DNA from: Candidatus Woesearchaeota archaeon
GTDB taxonomy: Archaea; Nanobdellota; Nanobdellia; Woesearchaeales; GW2011-AR9
DNA: 64,000 bases
Assembly (NCBI GenBank): GCA_041665465.1
Contig: JBAYIU010000001.1
Coordinates: 1,213,873 to 1,277,872 of the forward strand
Reading direction: 5' to 3'
Shown here: piece by piece, positions 25,260-34,901 of the stretch
How positions within the stretch are numbered: position 1 is the stretch's first letter
Layout of the letters: every line of letters begins with the position of its first letter
The notes under the pieces: generated by a model
Database searches by the model: none
The model's input: only the letters and a program-made list of their open reading frames with translations
What the model was told of the DNA's origin: nothing
Translations under genes and position numbers: made by a program

Positions 25260-27232
25260 ATCCAGATCAACTCTTAATGCTTCTTGGACATAAATACTCT
25301 AATCTTACTCCTTTCAAAGAAGGAGGGACTGGAAAATTATATCAGGTAAACTTTGGTCTTGGCGAAGAAAAAAGAATCGCTAAGGTTGACCGTACTCCTG
25401 AATCTCCTCGTGCTTCTAGACATGTGCAACGTGGATGTAATGTTGACAATGAATTAGCTGCTGTATCTCAAATTGATAATCCTGCTGATCATCACCTTAT
25501 GCCCCTCTTAGATTATGTTCAGACAACGGAAGGAACCATAGTAGTAATGCCTTTCTTTGCTTCTCAATCTTTAGAGGAACGAGTAGATAACAAACCTCTC
25601 TCGGAAAAAGAATTTGTTTCCGTCTTCTCTCAACTTTTGGAAGGAGTATCCTATTTACATCAAGAAGAAGAGATGTTCCATCGTGATCTTAAACCTTCAA
25701 ATATTCTTTTAGGTAAGAGAAATGGTGATTTAGAAGTACGTATCACTGATTTTGGGAATGCTGTTAAGCGATCTAAACTAAAAGAAAATGTTCTTCCCAC
25801 AGCGGGTGGACATTGGGTAATGGATCCATTACTGATTGGATTATTTACTGGAACCAGTGTTAAGTATACTGAACAAGCAGAAATGTACGCCTTGGGTGTA
25901 GATATGTATTATGCTCTTACTGGAAAGTATCTGTTTGAATATGATCCTGATCAGGAAAAAGCTAGGGTAGTTTCTAATAAGGAAAGTTTACTTGATCTGG
26001 AAGGCAAGATTGATCGTAGTAAACATAATCAAGAATTAGAGAAAGCTCTCTCCACACTTCCTCGTAATTTAAGAAAATACTCTTCTGTGTTACGTAAATG
26101 TATGACTTTAGAAGAGAGTGAACGTTACAATTCTATTCCTGAATTACAAGATGATTTTAAAGAAGTCTCTCGACAAGGTATATTACAAAGAATCGGTAGA
26201 CATCCTTTTATTGCTTTAGCCATAGCAACAATGATTGGTTTAAGCGGAACCGGAGCAGCAGTGGGATATCATCATGTTCAGAAAGAACGATTAGAACAAG
26301 AATTAGTGGAAAGTTCTAAATTTCCGGTAATACCGCAATGGAACGGTTGGGGTAATGTAGGAATAGGAAATAGTTTATTCAGAATGGATGTGAATGTTTC
26401 CGTTTGGGGTCCAAGCAGTGACAATGATTTTGCTAAACAGAAATATGTTATAGCTGAACCGGGGATGAAACTTAATGTGGATACTCGGGTAAAAGGTATC
26501 CCTTCTCAGAAAGGAGAACCTTTCTTTGGGAAAGTTTATTTTGAAGGAGAATCGGAAAGTAAATCTATTGGGGGATGGATGGAAGATTTTGACGAATCCA
26601 AATTATTTGGTTCTGATTTTGGGTATATGCCTAGTTACGTTGAGGTGGTGGTACCAGAATATTATGAAAAAGGAACACATAATTTGGTGATAGAGATATA
26701 TGCTCCATCTGAAGAAGAGCTTAAAGATAAGACTTATTATCATGGTGTGGGGGAAGTACGTTATACCTCTCCCGGTAGAGTATTATCCTTACAAAAAATT
26801 CCTGTAATTATTGGGAACCCAGAAGAGGATGGTTTATCCTTAGAGATGCTTATTTCATATATGGGGGCCAGTCATCTTGGGATTAGACGTGTTACTAGTT
26901 TAGGTAGTATAGAGCATAATCCACAGTACCAATTACAAGCATGTTTGTTGGAAGAAGGATTCTGTTCTATCTCTAGGAATGCTTATTCTGTTGATCTGGC
27001 GGATAGGATTTCTGATTTTAACGAGAAAACTTTGCAGGTAGTGGTTAGAGATCTTAACCATGGAGGAAGGGTTGTCCTTGAAACTTATTACCCGGTTAAA
27101 CGTGATTCTAGATACGAAGAAGGCAAGGCTTGGACTCATGATTGGGTGTTGTCTATCCCGGGAAGAGATTTCCAAGAACGGATTGTTCCATACTCTCGAT
27201 TACTACGTCTAATCGAGAATCAGTCCGAGTAA
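25256..27232 (+). CDS. membrane-spanning Hanks-type Ser/Thr protein kinase with large C-terminal extracytoplasmic domain
   Basis: GGTGKLY, IAKV, HRDLKPSNILL, ITDFGNA; TM FIALAIATMIGLSGTGAAVGY. Confidence 0.85.
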   Translation: MNPDQLLMLLGHKYSNLTPFKEGGTGKLYQVNFGLGEEKRIAKVDRTPESPRASRHVQRGCNVDNELAAVSQIDNPADHHLMPLLDYVQTTEGTIVVMPFFASQSLEERVDNKPLSEKEFVSVFSQLLEGVSYLHQEEEMFHRDLKPSNILLGKRNGDLEVRITDFGNAVKRSKLKENVLPTAGGHWVMDPLLIGLFTGTSVKYTEQAEMYALGVDMYYALTGKYLFEYDPDQEKARVVSNKESLLDLEGKIDRSKHNQELEKALSTLPRNLRKYSSVLRKCMTLEESERYNSIPELQDDFKEVSRQGILQRIGRHPFIALAIATMIGLSGTGAAVGYHHVQKERLEQELVESSKFPVIPQWNGWGNVGIGNSLFRMDVNVSVWGPSSDNDFAKQKYVIAEPGMKLNVDTRVKGIPSQKGEPFFGKVYFEGESESKSIGGWMEDFDESKLFGSDFGYMPSYVEVVVPEYYEKGTHNLVIEIYAPSEEELKDKTYYHGVGEVRYTSPGRVLSLQKIPVIIGNPEEDGLSLEMLISYMGASHLGIRRVTSLGSIEHNPQYQLQACLLEEGFCSISRNAYSVDLADRISDFNEKTLQVVVRDLNHGGRVVLETYYPVKRDSRYEEGKAWTHDWVLSIPGRDFQERIVPYSRLLRLIENQSE

Positions 27233-28114
27233 AGGACTGTTAGATTGATAGAAGTTTCTGATTGCTGCCAACAGATGATAGATAGCAATTCTTTCACTAG
27301 GAGCAACGGTTTTAAGCGCTTGATAGCCTTGTCCATAAATTAACTGTTTCTCTAATTGGTGTATCTGACTAAAGTTCTCTGTTTTCTTAGTAAAGAAAGC
27401 CTCTTGTATTAACCGGTAAAGTTCTTTAGTCTTTTCCAGTAGTTTAAGTACATTCTTGGGGGATAGTTCTTTTTCATCTATTATCTTATTTAGCAGATAA
27501 ATCTCTCTCTGTCCGTGATTGATCAGAGTAAGAAAGGTCCAGAAGAATTCTGGAGAGGTATGTTCTAATTTATTCTTATTTACAATCCTGCGACAGAAAT
27601 TATCATATTTAATGATCCTATTCTCTATCTCTTTATATTCTTGATCTTCAGGAGAAGTAGTTAATCTTTCCATAGTTTTATCAAACAATAAGTCGATGTT
27701 AAAAAAAATCTTTTTCAGAATGACTTCAAATTGTTCTGAAGTAGGCTCAGTAATATTCTCTACTAAACACACTCCTTTATTGTTATTAATTATCTCAAAT
27801 CCGATAAGATTATTCAATATAACCTCTTTAAGTATCTTAAACTGGGCTTCGTCCTGATAATGAACTGTAATCCGATCAAACCCTTTACGATAAGTGTTGG
27901 TGATAAGAGTACGAATGGACGATTCAGTTAAATCACTCAGTTTAATTTCAGTGTCTCTTTTAATCTTAATCAAATTAGGTGCTAGAATTATTTGGCTAGA
28001 AGATGCTTCAATTTCTACTTCGCTTCCTTTTCTAAGTTTGTGAGCTTTGATCCATTTAGCGGGGAGGCTAACCATTAAAGTTCCGCTTCCTTGTTGAACC
28101 AGTTTTCTTCTCAT
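27209..28114 (-). CDS. AbrB-domain + PhoU-like regulator
   Basis: N-terminal KLVQQGSGTLMVSLPAKWIKAHKLRKGSEVEIE (AbrB-like) followed by two helical PhoU-like repeats. Confidence 0.6.
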   Translation of the reverse strand: MRRKLVQQGSGTLMVSLPAKWIKAHKLRKGSEVEIEASSSQIILAPNLIKIKRDTEIKLSDLTESSIRTLITNTYRKGFDRITVHYQDEAQFKILKEVILNNLIGFEIINNNKGVCLVENITEPTSEQFEVILKKIFFNIDLLFDKTMERLTTSPEDQEYKEIENRIIKYDNFCRRIVNKNKLEHTSPEFFWTFLTLINHGQREIYLLNKIIDEKELSPKNVLKLLEKTKELYRLIQEAFFTKKTENFSQIHQLEKQLIYGQGYQALKTVAPSERIAIYHLLAAIRNFYQSNSPLLGLILD

Positions 28115-28263
28115 ACCCTTTTCTTCTTTCGCTTATTTAAAAATCTTTTGGATAAATATATACTTTTTACTAAGTATAAACCATTTAAACTAAAAATATA
28201 TATCTTATCCCCTTCTATGTTTGTTATCATTAAAGAGTGGTTAGGTAACAAAAGGAGGATAAA

Positions 28264-29352
28264 ATGAAATCACTACGAAAATTTGGATTATTAACTTTAT
28301 TAGCTGCGGCTATTGGATTTGCAGAACCGGTTCTTGCTGAAGAAAAACCAGCTACCGTAGCGGAAGAGAAACCGCATAACTATTTCTTTGCGGGAGAGAA
28401 AGCTACTTCTAGTACTAAGACTCTAGATACTTTAATTGATTATCGTCACGATTCTGGGGCCCAAGTATCAGTAGAGAACTTTTCTACTCCTTGGAACGAG
28501 AAGCCTGCTTACAACTTTAACGCGGGAGTAAGATCACCTAAGTTCATTAACGGATTATTTCGAGTAGATGGAGTGTTTGACTTTGATCAGAAGCTGGATA
28601 CTTGGGGTTATACTGCTTTCGCTGAAGCTTTCCCTATAAAAGATTTGACGGTAAGAGCAGGAGCAATCCAGAACGATGCTAAAGGTATCTTGGGTGGATT
28701 TGCCGGAGTTAAATATACTCATCCTCTTCTATCAGTAGAAGGTAACCTTCTTCATGATGGTAATGAAATTGGGGTAACTGGTTATGCTGCAACTCAACTA
28801 GGCAACTTATATCTAAGTGCGGGGGGGAATTTACAGACCTCACGGTTAAGTACTCTTACTGGGTGGATCAATCCCGGACAATTTGGAGTGTTCAATAAAG
28901 TCTTTGTAGACTTTGAGAAAGATGCTCAGAGCGGATTGTTCTTAGTAGCAGACAAGTCAACTAGAGACAGGTCTGTGTTTGACTTCAAGCAGCACGTTTA
29001 TACTGGAGCGGAGATGCAAGGAGTAGCTACTAGCGGAGTTTTAGATTGCTGGCCTGCTCCTGATGGTATGGCTACTGATCATCTAGCTGGCTTGGTTAAC
29101 TGGTCTAATGATGCTAAGAAAACTGTAGTTGATGGACGATTCCTTTATCATCCTGTTCCTTCCATCTTTGTAGGAGTAGGACCGAAGTACAGCTATGATA
29201 AGGTTAAAGGACAGTCTAACGCCAGTATCGAAGCAGAATTATATGTTGAGATTCCTGGAACTCCTGCTTTTGTTTACTTGACTAACGGAGTAGATGTTCG
29301 TACTGGCAATTATACTCCTTTTGTGGCTTTTGCTGCCAAGGGTAAGTTCTAA
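28264..29352 (+). CDS. secreted beta-rich protein with bacterial-OMP-like features
   Basis: Signal peptide MKSLRKFGLLTLLAAAIGFAEPVLA, alternating hydrophobic beta-strand pattern, Gly/aromatic rich, C-terminal ..AAKGKF ending in Phe. Confidence 0.55.
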   Translation: MKSLRKFGLLTLLAAAIGFAEPVLAEEKPATVAEEKPHNYFFAGEKATSSTKTLDTLIDYRHDSGAQVSVENFSTPWNEKPAYNFNAGVRSPKFINGLFRVDGVFDFDQKLDTWGYTAFAEAFPIKDLTVRAGAIQNDAKGILGGFAGVKYTHPLLSVEGNLLHDGNEIGVTGYAATQLGNLYLSAGGNLQTSRLSTLTGWINPGQFGVFNKVFVDFEKDAQSGLFLVADKSTRDRSVFDFKQHVYTGAEMQGVATSGVLDCWPAPDGMATDHLAGLVNWSNDAKKTVVDGRFLYHPVPSIFVGVGPKYSYDKVKGQSNASIEAELYVEIPGTPAFVYLTNGVDVRTGNYTPFVAFAAKGKF

Positions 29353-29364
29353 GAGGGAGTAAGA

Positions 29365-30039
29365 ATGGCTTTGGAAAATATTATTGGGAATTTAAGAGAT
29401 GCTTACAAGCAAGCAGTTCCTGGAACTGTTCTTTGTGTAGATCAGTTGATGGCAGAACGAAGAACCAATCCGGAATTGAGAGATAACTGGTTCTATACTG
29501 CTGATGGAATGGTTTATTCTATGGATGAAGGGATTCCTACTTTGAGAATCACTCGAGAAGCTACTAATCCTATTCTAAAGAATATTGATACTGCTTTTGA
29601 TCAATTCATGAATAAGGGAAATTACTTAGTGCCTTCTGCTGAATTTGAAGCAGTTAAAACTGCTGCTGATACTGTTACCATTGATTTGACTAAATTAACA
29701 TCGCAAGGAATCGACCATGAGTATCGTTTTTTAGCTGTGGATACTTCCAAACATCTTAGTAAATACAATGCCGAAGAACAGAAATTGTTAGAAAGAGTTT
29801 TCGGTGTGGGTGACGATTATACCCAAGTTATGGAAATGTTAAGAACTTCTCGGCTGAGAATTAGACAGACTAGGGTTTATGTTCTAAATCCATGGTACGT
29901 TACTATGAAAGGGGCCAATATAATTGGGCGGGCTTCGTGGCTGTATAGTCTCAACGGCAATTCCAATTTCGGCGTGAGTGATCGGGACATCCGCCTCGGC
30001 AATTTCCGTGTCCGTGGGGTACGTCGTGAGGTAAAATAG
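29365..30039 (+). CDS. hypothetical protein, paralog 1 of a four-gene array
   Basis: About 75 percent identical to paralog 2 over the first 170 aa; RASW motif; ends VRGVRREVK. Confidence 0.65.
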   Translation: MALENIIGNLRDAYKQAVPGTVLCVDQLMAERRTNPELRDNWFYTADGMVYSMDEGIPTLRITREATNPILKNIDTAFDQFMNKGNYLVPSAEFEAVKTAADTVTIDLTKLTSQGIDHEYRFLAVDTSKHLSKYNAEEQKLLERVFGVGDDYTQVMEMLRTSRLRIRQTRVYVLNPWYVTMKGANIIGRASWLYSLNGNSNFGVSDRDIRLGNFRVRGVRREVK

Positions 30040-30041
30040 AA

Positions 30042-30779
30042 ATGGTTCTGGAAAATATTATTGGGAATCTAAGAGATGCTTACCGACAGGCAGTTCCCGG
30101 AACTGTTCTTTGTGTAGATCAATTGATGAAAGAACGAATTACTAATCTTGAATTAAGAAACATCTTTTTCCATACTGCTGATGGAATGGTCTATTCTATG
30201 GATAATGGGATTCCTACCTTAAGAATAACTCGAGAAGCCACTAATCCCCTTCTAAAGAACATTGATGCTGCTTTTGGTCAATTAGTAAGTAAGGGAAATT
30301 ACTTAGTCTCTTCTACTGAATTTGAAGATGTTAAAGCTGCTGCTGATACCATTACCGTTGATTTGACTAAATTAACATTGCAAGGAACCGACCATGGGTA
30401 TCGTGTTTTAGCTGTGGATACTTCCAAATGTCTTAGTAAATATAATGCTGAAGAACAGAAATTGTTAGAACGAGTTTTTGGTGCAGGTGCTGATTATACT
30501 GCAATGATGGAAATGTTGAGAACTTCTTCGGAAAGGATTGAAGAAACTGCTGTTTTTGTTTCGGATCCTAGATACGTTTTATTTCATGCAGAGAAGAATC
30601 CAATTGGAATGGCTTCGTGGCTTTTCTCTTTTGGTAGCAATTCCGATTTCCTAGCTGTTGTTAGTGGTATTAAAGGTAATAATTATGTTCGTGCAGTGCG
30701 CAAGAAATCAAGCGACGACTTGATTTATGCGCAGGAATTAGGTACCTCTTCTAATTCCTTGCGTCGTGAGGTAAGATGA
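30042..30779 (+). CDS. hypothetical protein, paralog 2
   Basis: Near-duplicate of paralog 1; MASW motif; ends LRREVR. Confidence 0.65.
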   Translation: MVLENIIGNLRDAYRQAVPGTVLCVDQLMKERITNLELRNIFFHTADGMVYSMDNGIPTLRITREATNPLLKNIDAAFGQLVSKGNYLVSSTEFEDVKAAADTITVDLTKLTLQGTDHGYRVLAVDTSKCLSKYNAEEQKLLERVFGAGADYTAMMEMLRTSSERIEETAVFVSDPRYVLFHAEKNPIGMASWLFSFGSNSDFLAVVSGIKGNNYVRAVRKKSSDDLIYAQELGTSSNSLRREVR

Positions 30780-31501
30780 AGATGAATGAAGAGCTAGAAT
30801 ATCTGTTAATCAAAGGTAACCTTGGTGCAATAAGGGAACTGGAAGCACAAGGGTACCGTTTACAGAATGGAAGAGAATTAATGGATGCTCGTTGTCAAGA
30901 TGGTCAAGAAGAATTACAGAAAGATATCTTTTACGTTGCTGATGGCAATGTCTTCTATCGAGATCTTCATAGGGGAGCTCTAAGTTGGGCGCATACTAAT
31001 GGAGAAAATAATTTAATCCTTCCCCCCAAATATCTTGAACGAGCTTTGAGAGAATCTTGTTATAATGGACTCTTCCGTCCGAATACTTCTGATGAATCTT
31101 GGGACGCTATCTATCATCACAGTAGCGAAAGATTTGCTCTATTTGATCTAGGATTGGTTTGGGGAGATGATAAAATGTCTTATATGTCCATCATTACTAA
31201 TGGATATAATGCTTTAAACTCAGAACAGAAAAGAGCTGCTGCTGCTGTTGGTCTTACTGCAAAGAATGTAGCTTATCTTAGCCAGAAAGGAATTAAAGAA
31301 ACCCGATTATGTTTACCTAATCCTGAGTATTTAGCTCGAGTCTTTGAGAAAGAAGGAAATAATCCCTTTTGGCGGGCTTCGTGGTTTGGTACTTTCTATA
31401 GCGATTCCAGTTTCAATTTGAGGGGTCCTACTATCTACGATATTAATCTTCTTCGTGGAGTACGTGAAAGAACCGGAGATGAAAGAGGAGAAGTAAGATG
31501 A
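30776..31501 (+). CDS. hypothetical protein, paralog 3 (divergent)
   Basis: Shares FYVADGNVFY, RASWFG and LLRGVRE..GEVR with paralogs 1 and 2; 4-nt overlap at both ends. Confidence 0.6.
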   Translation: MKMNEELEYLLIKGNLGAIRELEAQGYRLQNGRELMDARCQDGQEELQKDIFYVADGNVFYRDLHRGALSWAHTNGENNLILPPKYLERALRESCYNGLFRPNTSDESWDAIYHHSSERFALFDLGLVWGDDKMSYMSIITNGYNALNSEQKRAAAAVGLTAKNVAYLSQKGIKETRLCLPNPEYLARVFEKEGNNPFWRASWFGTFYSDSSFNLRGPTIYDINLLRGVRERTGDERGEVR

Positions 31502-32199
31502 CCCTAATCCTGGACCCAGAAGTACATAAGGCTTATCACCAAACCAATGCTCCCATCGATTTACTTACAAGTATATTCTGTGAAGGAAGAGAACCCATGT
31601 TCATCTCTGACATTATGCAGAGAAGATTGGATGTAAATAAAGAAGCAAGATTAAGTTCTGTCAGAAAATCTTGGTGGGACATTTATCCTTATACCGGAGA
31701 TGTATGGTTAAAGAATCCTAAGAATGGAAGAGCTAAAATTCTTTGTAATGACCGAGATGCTTTTCATTTTATGCAAGAGTTAGTCCCAAGAGATAAGGAA
31801 GAATTTTCTTTTCGTAATGCTACTTATATTTCTGATACTTTCTTTGAAGAAGCACAAGGATTAGAGTTAACTGCTAAAGAAGTCGACAAATTACCCCAAA
31901 GATTTACTTATAGAAATGTAAAGAGATCAAGAATATGGCAATATCTGGCTGGTAGCCAAGAAAGATTAGAACAGTATGTGGAAGCGGTGCTAGAAGATCA
32001 AGATTTACGTTATGGTAGAAGAAATACTTCCATCATGGGACTTAATGCTTCAAGAGATGGATTTAATCAATCTTGTAGCGGTCAGCTTTGTTGCATCTCT
32101 GATCTAGCTACCGGAGCTTCTATGATTAATTACACCCCTGGATTAGTTTATCCTGTGATGATTGGCATCTCTCCCACAGCACACGCTAAACGAGAATAA
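31498..32199 (+). CDS. hypothetical protein, possible distant paralog 4
   Basis: Translationally coupled (ATGA); only weak similarity (SWWD..GDVW). Confidence 0.55.
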   Translation: MTLILDPEVHKAYHQTNAPIDLLTSIFCEGREPMFISDIMQRRLDVNKEARLSSVRKSWWDIYPYTGDVWLKNPKNGRAKILCNDRDAFHFMQELVPRDKEEFSFRNATYISDTFFEEAQGLELTAKEVDKLPQRFTYRNVKRSRIWQYLAGSQERLEQYVEAVLEDQDLRYGRRNTSIMGLNASRDGFNQSCSGQLCCISDLATGASMINYTPGLVYPVMIGISPTAHAKRE

Positions 32200-32294
32200 G
32201 AAAAATAAGATTAAGTAATTTTATTCCCTTTATTCCCCTTTATTGATATTTATTCAAACCCCAATTAATATACTTCTCTTTACCTCATAAAGTT

Positions 32295-33338
32295 ATGCTT
32301 GATGAAGACCAAAGATGGGAAAATGCTTTATACGTAAAATTCTCTCCAAACCATGAATCAGAATATTATTTAGAGAATAAAGAAAGAATTCAAGAACTTT
32401 TGGGAGAATTGAAATCGGGATATGGACAATTGACTGAATCCCTGCCAAAAGCAAGTAAAATTGCTAAAGGAGGAAAATATTATGTCATAGATCTTGAATC
32501 AACAGAATTAATTTCTGCTTTTAAGGAGGGCAACTGGCGGCCAGTAGAAGAAATTCACCTAACTTATATTCAACCGATTCAATACGGATTAGAAAGAGTA
32601 GTTTACCAAGTAGAAAAGGGAAGTAAGATTCTCAATCTCTGGGAAAAGAAGTATAGGGAAGCGTGGGATAAATATCGTCAAGAGACCTATTATGAGGATC
32701 ACAGAAATTTAACTTTGCCCCTCTTTCAAAAACCAGATATTCCTGACTTAAAAGACCTGGTTGACCATTTTGATGGAAAAACAATTCCTAATCATAATAA
32801 CACCGCTGTTAACCTTAGATTTAGATTCAACCAACGAAAAGGTGATGATTATTATCTCAAGACACCAGAACATCTAAAACAATACCTTTCGGAGATGAAA
32901 GCTCAATTTGAAGATTTTGCTAGCCGTTTTCCAAAACCTTTAGTAATGGAATTACATGATAATAGTGATGAAACTCTTCCCATTTCCTGTTTTGATGATC
33001 TTCTCAGGGCTAGAATAAAAAAAGAATATATCCCCCATAAAGAAATCCTCTTAAGATTCCGAGAACCAGTCTTAGGATCACCAAAAGTCACTTTTGAACT
33101 AGATTACTTAAAACTACTGCGATGGTGGGAAGAAGTTAAGGGAGAAGAGAGATGCCAATCTTGCTCTCATTACGTTCCTTACAATCCCGGAAATTCTATG
33201 TGTTGTTCCAGTGATGATGAGGATGCCTATTGTTCTAACAATAAGAGCATGCAAACCAATCCTTGCAGAATTTATGAAGGTAATTCAAATAATCATTTTG
33301 TCTCGGTAGAAAGTATCATTCAACAATTCATTAATTAA
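32295..33338 (+). CDS. hypothetical protein with internal duplication and Cys-rich tail
   Basis: Two about 115-aa segments share F..N....YYL..E..L.E.K pattern; C-terminal CQSCSHY..CCSSDDEDAYCSNN..C. Confidence 0.55.
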   Translation: MLDEDQRWENALYVKFSPNHESEYYLENKERIQELLGELKSGYGQLTESLPKASKIAKGGKYYVIDLESTELISAFKEGNWRPVEEIHLTYIQPIQYGLERVVYQVEKGSKILNLWEKKYREAWDKYRQETYYEDHRNLTLPLFQKPDIPDLKDLVDHFDGKTIPNHNNTAVNLRFRFNQRKGDDYYLKTPEHLKQYLSEMKAQFEDFASRFPKPLVMELHDNSDETLPISCFDDLLRARIKKEYIPHKEILLRFREPVLGSPKVTFELDYLKLLRWWEEVKGEERCQSCSHYVPYNPGNSMCCSSDDEDAYCSNNKSMQTNPCRIYEGNSNNHFVSVESIIQQFIN

Positions 33339-34515
33339 TAAAATAAACCGGCGGTGGAGGAAAACCATTAAAGCAAACTGAAGTATAACTGTAAGTATAA
33401 GCTCCAGTAGTAAGAATAAATACTCGGTCTCCTCTTTTAATGTCTGCAGGCAATTTACATTTATGATTCTCATACATCACATCCATGCTATCACAACTCG
33501 GTCCAGCCAGAATCATCTCCTCGTAATCATCAGCAGGTTCTTCCAAATGTCTTTCTACAAAAATAGGATATTTAATTGATTCATCAATAGTTTCAATCAA
33601 TCCTCGGAATTTTCCTACATCTAAAAATACCCAGGGGATAGAACTGTGCGTTGATTTAGTGGCTACGTTAACCACTTCAGCGATCATCACTCCAGAATCT
33701 CCAGTGATGGATCTTCCCGGTTCGATAATTATCTCTGGCAAATCACCATTAAATTCGTCTTTAAGATATTTCTTGATCGCTTCAACATATTCTTCAGTAT
33801 CGGGAGTGGGATAGATATATTTGGCAGGAAGCCCTCCTCCTAAATCGATAGCTTTTAGTTGGATTCCTATTTTCTTCAATTCGCTGAAAATGTGAGAACA
33901 TTGTCCTAAAGCGGTATCCCATTGTCCAAGGTCACGTTGTTGTGATCCCACATGGAAACATAATCCGTACGGTTCTAAACCTAGTTCTTTAGCTTTGACT
34001 ACTAAATCATAAACCATTCCTTGGTGGCAGCCGAACTTTCTGGAAAGAGGCCAGTCAGCAGTGCTTGAACCATCTAGTAGTAATCTGAAGATTATTCTTG
34101 AACCGGGAGCTTCTCTGGCTAAAGCTTCTACGTCACCAAAGGAGTCAGTCGCAAAAAGGCGAATCCCATTTTGGTAAGCATAACGAATCTCTAAATCTTT
34201 CTTGATGGGGTTACCATAACTCATCCTTTCCGGAGAGATACCCAAGCTTAAAAGTTGATGAATCTCATAAACAGAAGCAACGTCGAAATTTGAACCGCGT
34301 TGGCCTAAGAGTTGAATTACTTCGGTAGCGGGATTAGCTTTGACCGCATAATATATTTTGGCGAAAGGAAGGTTCTTCTGGAGTTCATCATACTTTCTGC
34401 CTATCTTCTTTAAATCTATAATCCAGAACGGAGCGACTTTATCTTTGGCGAACTCTTTAATTGGTTCAAGCTCTTTAGGAGGAAGGTATTCAAAAATGTT
34501 TTTTACTGGCCGCAT
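33331..34515 (-). CDS. PLP-dependent Orn/DAP/Arg decarboxylase family 2 enzyme (ornithine/lysine decarboxylase-like)
   Basis: YAVKANP (PLP Lys), DLGGGLP, EPGRSI, GPSCDSMD; 394 aa. Confidence 0.85.
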   Translation of the reverse strand: MRPVKNIFEYLPPKELEPIKEFAKDKVAPFWIIDLKKIGRKYDELQKNLPFAKIYYAVKANPATEVIQLLGQRGSNFDVASVYEIHQLLSLGISPERMSYGNPIKKDLEIRYAYQNGIRLFATDSFGDVEALAREAPGSRIIFRLLLDGSSTADWPLSRKFGCHQGMVYDLVVKAKELGLEPYGLCFHVGSQQRDLGQWDTALGQCSHIFSELKKIGIQLKAIDLGGGLPAKYIYPTPDTEEYVEAIKKYLKDEFNGDLPEIIIEPGRSITGDSGVMIAEVVNVATKSTHSSIPWVFLDVGKFRGLIETIDESIKYPIFVERHLEEPADDYEEMILAGPSCDSMDVMYENHKCKLPADIKRGDRVFILTTGAYTYSYTSVCFNGFPPPPVYFIN

Positions 34516-34586
34516 TTTCTTTTAAGTTTGTTTTGCGTTTCAATTCTGTGCCAGTATTTAAATGCTTTTATGTTTTCTAGCAGTGA

Positions 34587-34799
34587 TTAGATTCCCATTT
34601 TAACATTCTGTCCTACTACGTACTTCTGCCCTAAGTATTCTACTACATCAGAAGCGATCAATTTCTTTCCGTTCCTTTGTTCTATCTCACCATTTACTTT
34701 AATTACTCCTGAACGAATCAGTAATTTAGCCTGTCCTCCAGTAGAAGCCCAGTTGAGAATCTTCACGAAAGCGTTCAGTTCAATGAATTCAGTGTCCAT
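34587..34799 (-). CDS. S4-domain RNA-binding protein (YbcJ-like)
   Basis: 70 aa; GGQAKLLIRSGVIKVNGEIEQRNGKKL typical of the small S4 family. Confidence 0.65.
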   Translation of the reverse strand: MDTEFIELNAFVKILNWASTGGQAKLLIRSGVIKVNGEIEQRNGKKLIASDVVEYLGQKYVVGQNVKMGI

Positions 34800-34901
34800 A
34801 AGTTAGAAATTATTTAGGGGTTTATTAAATTATTTCTCCCAAAATGTTTATAAACGAGAAAGGTTATTTTAGAGTAGATATTTAATTATGAGGTTATTAC
34901 A

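Noticed and set aside
28264-32199. Treating the barrel-like gene and paralog array as bacterial contamination or a chimeric assembly
   Set aside because: The genes are contiguous with archaeal-type neighbours (an AbrB-PhoU regulator on one side and AT-rich TATA-type intergenic regions) with no visible junction artefact. I cannot fully exclude it without read data.
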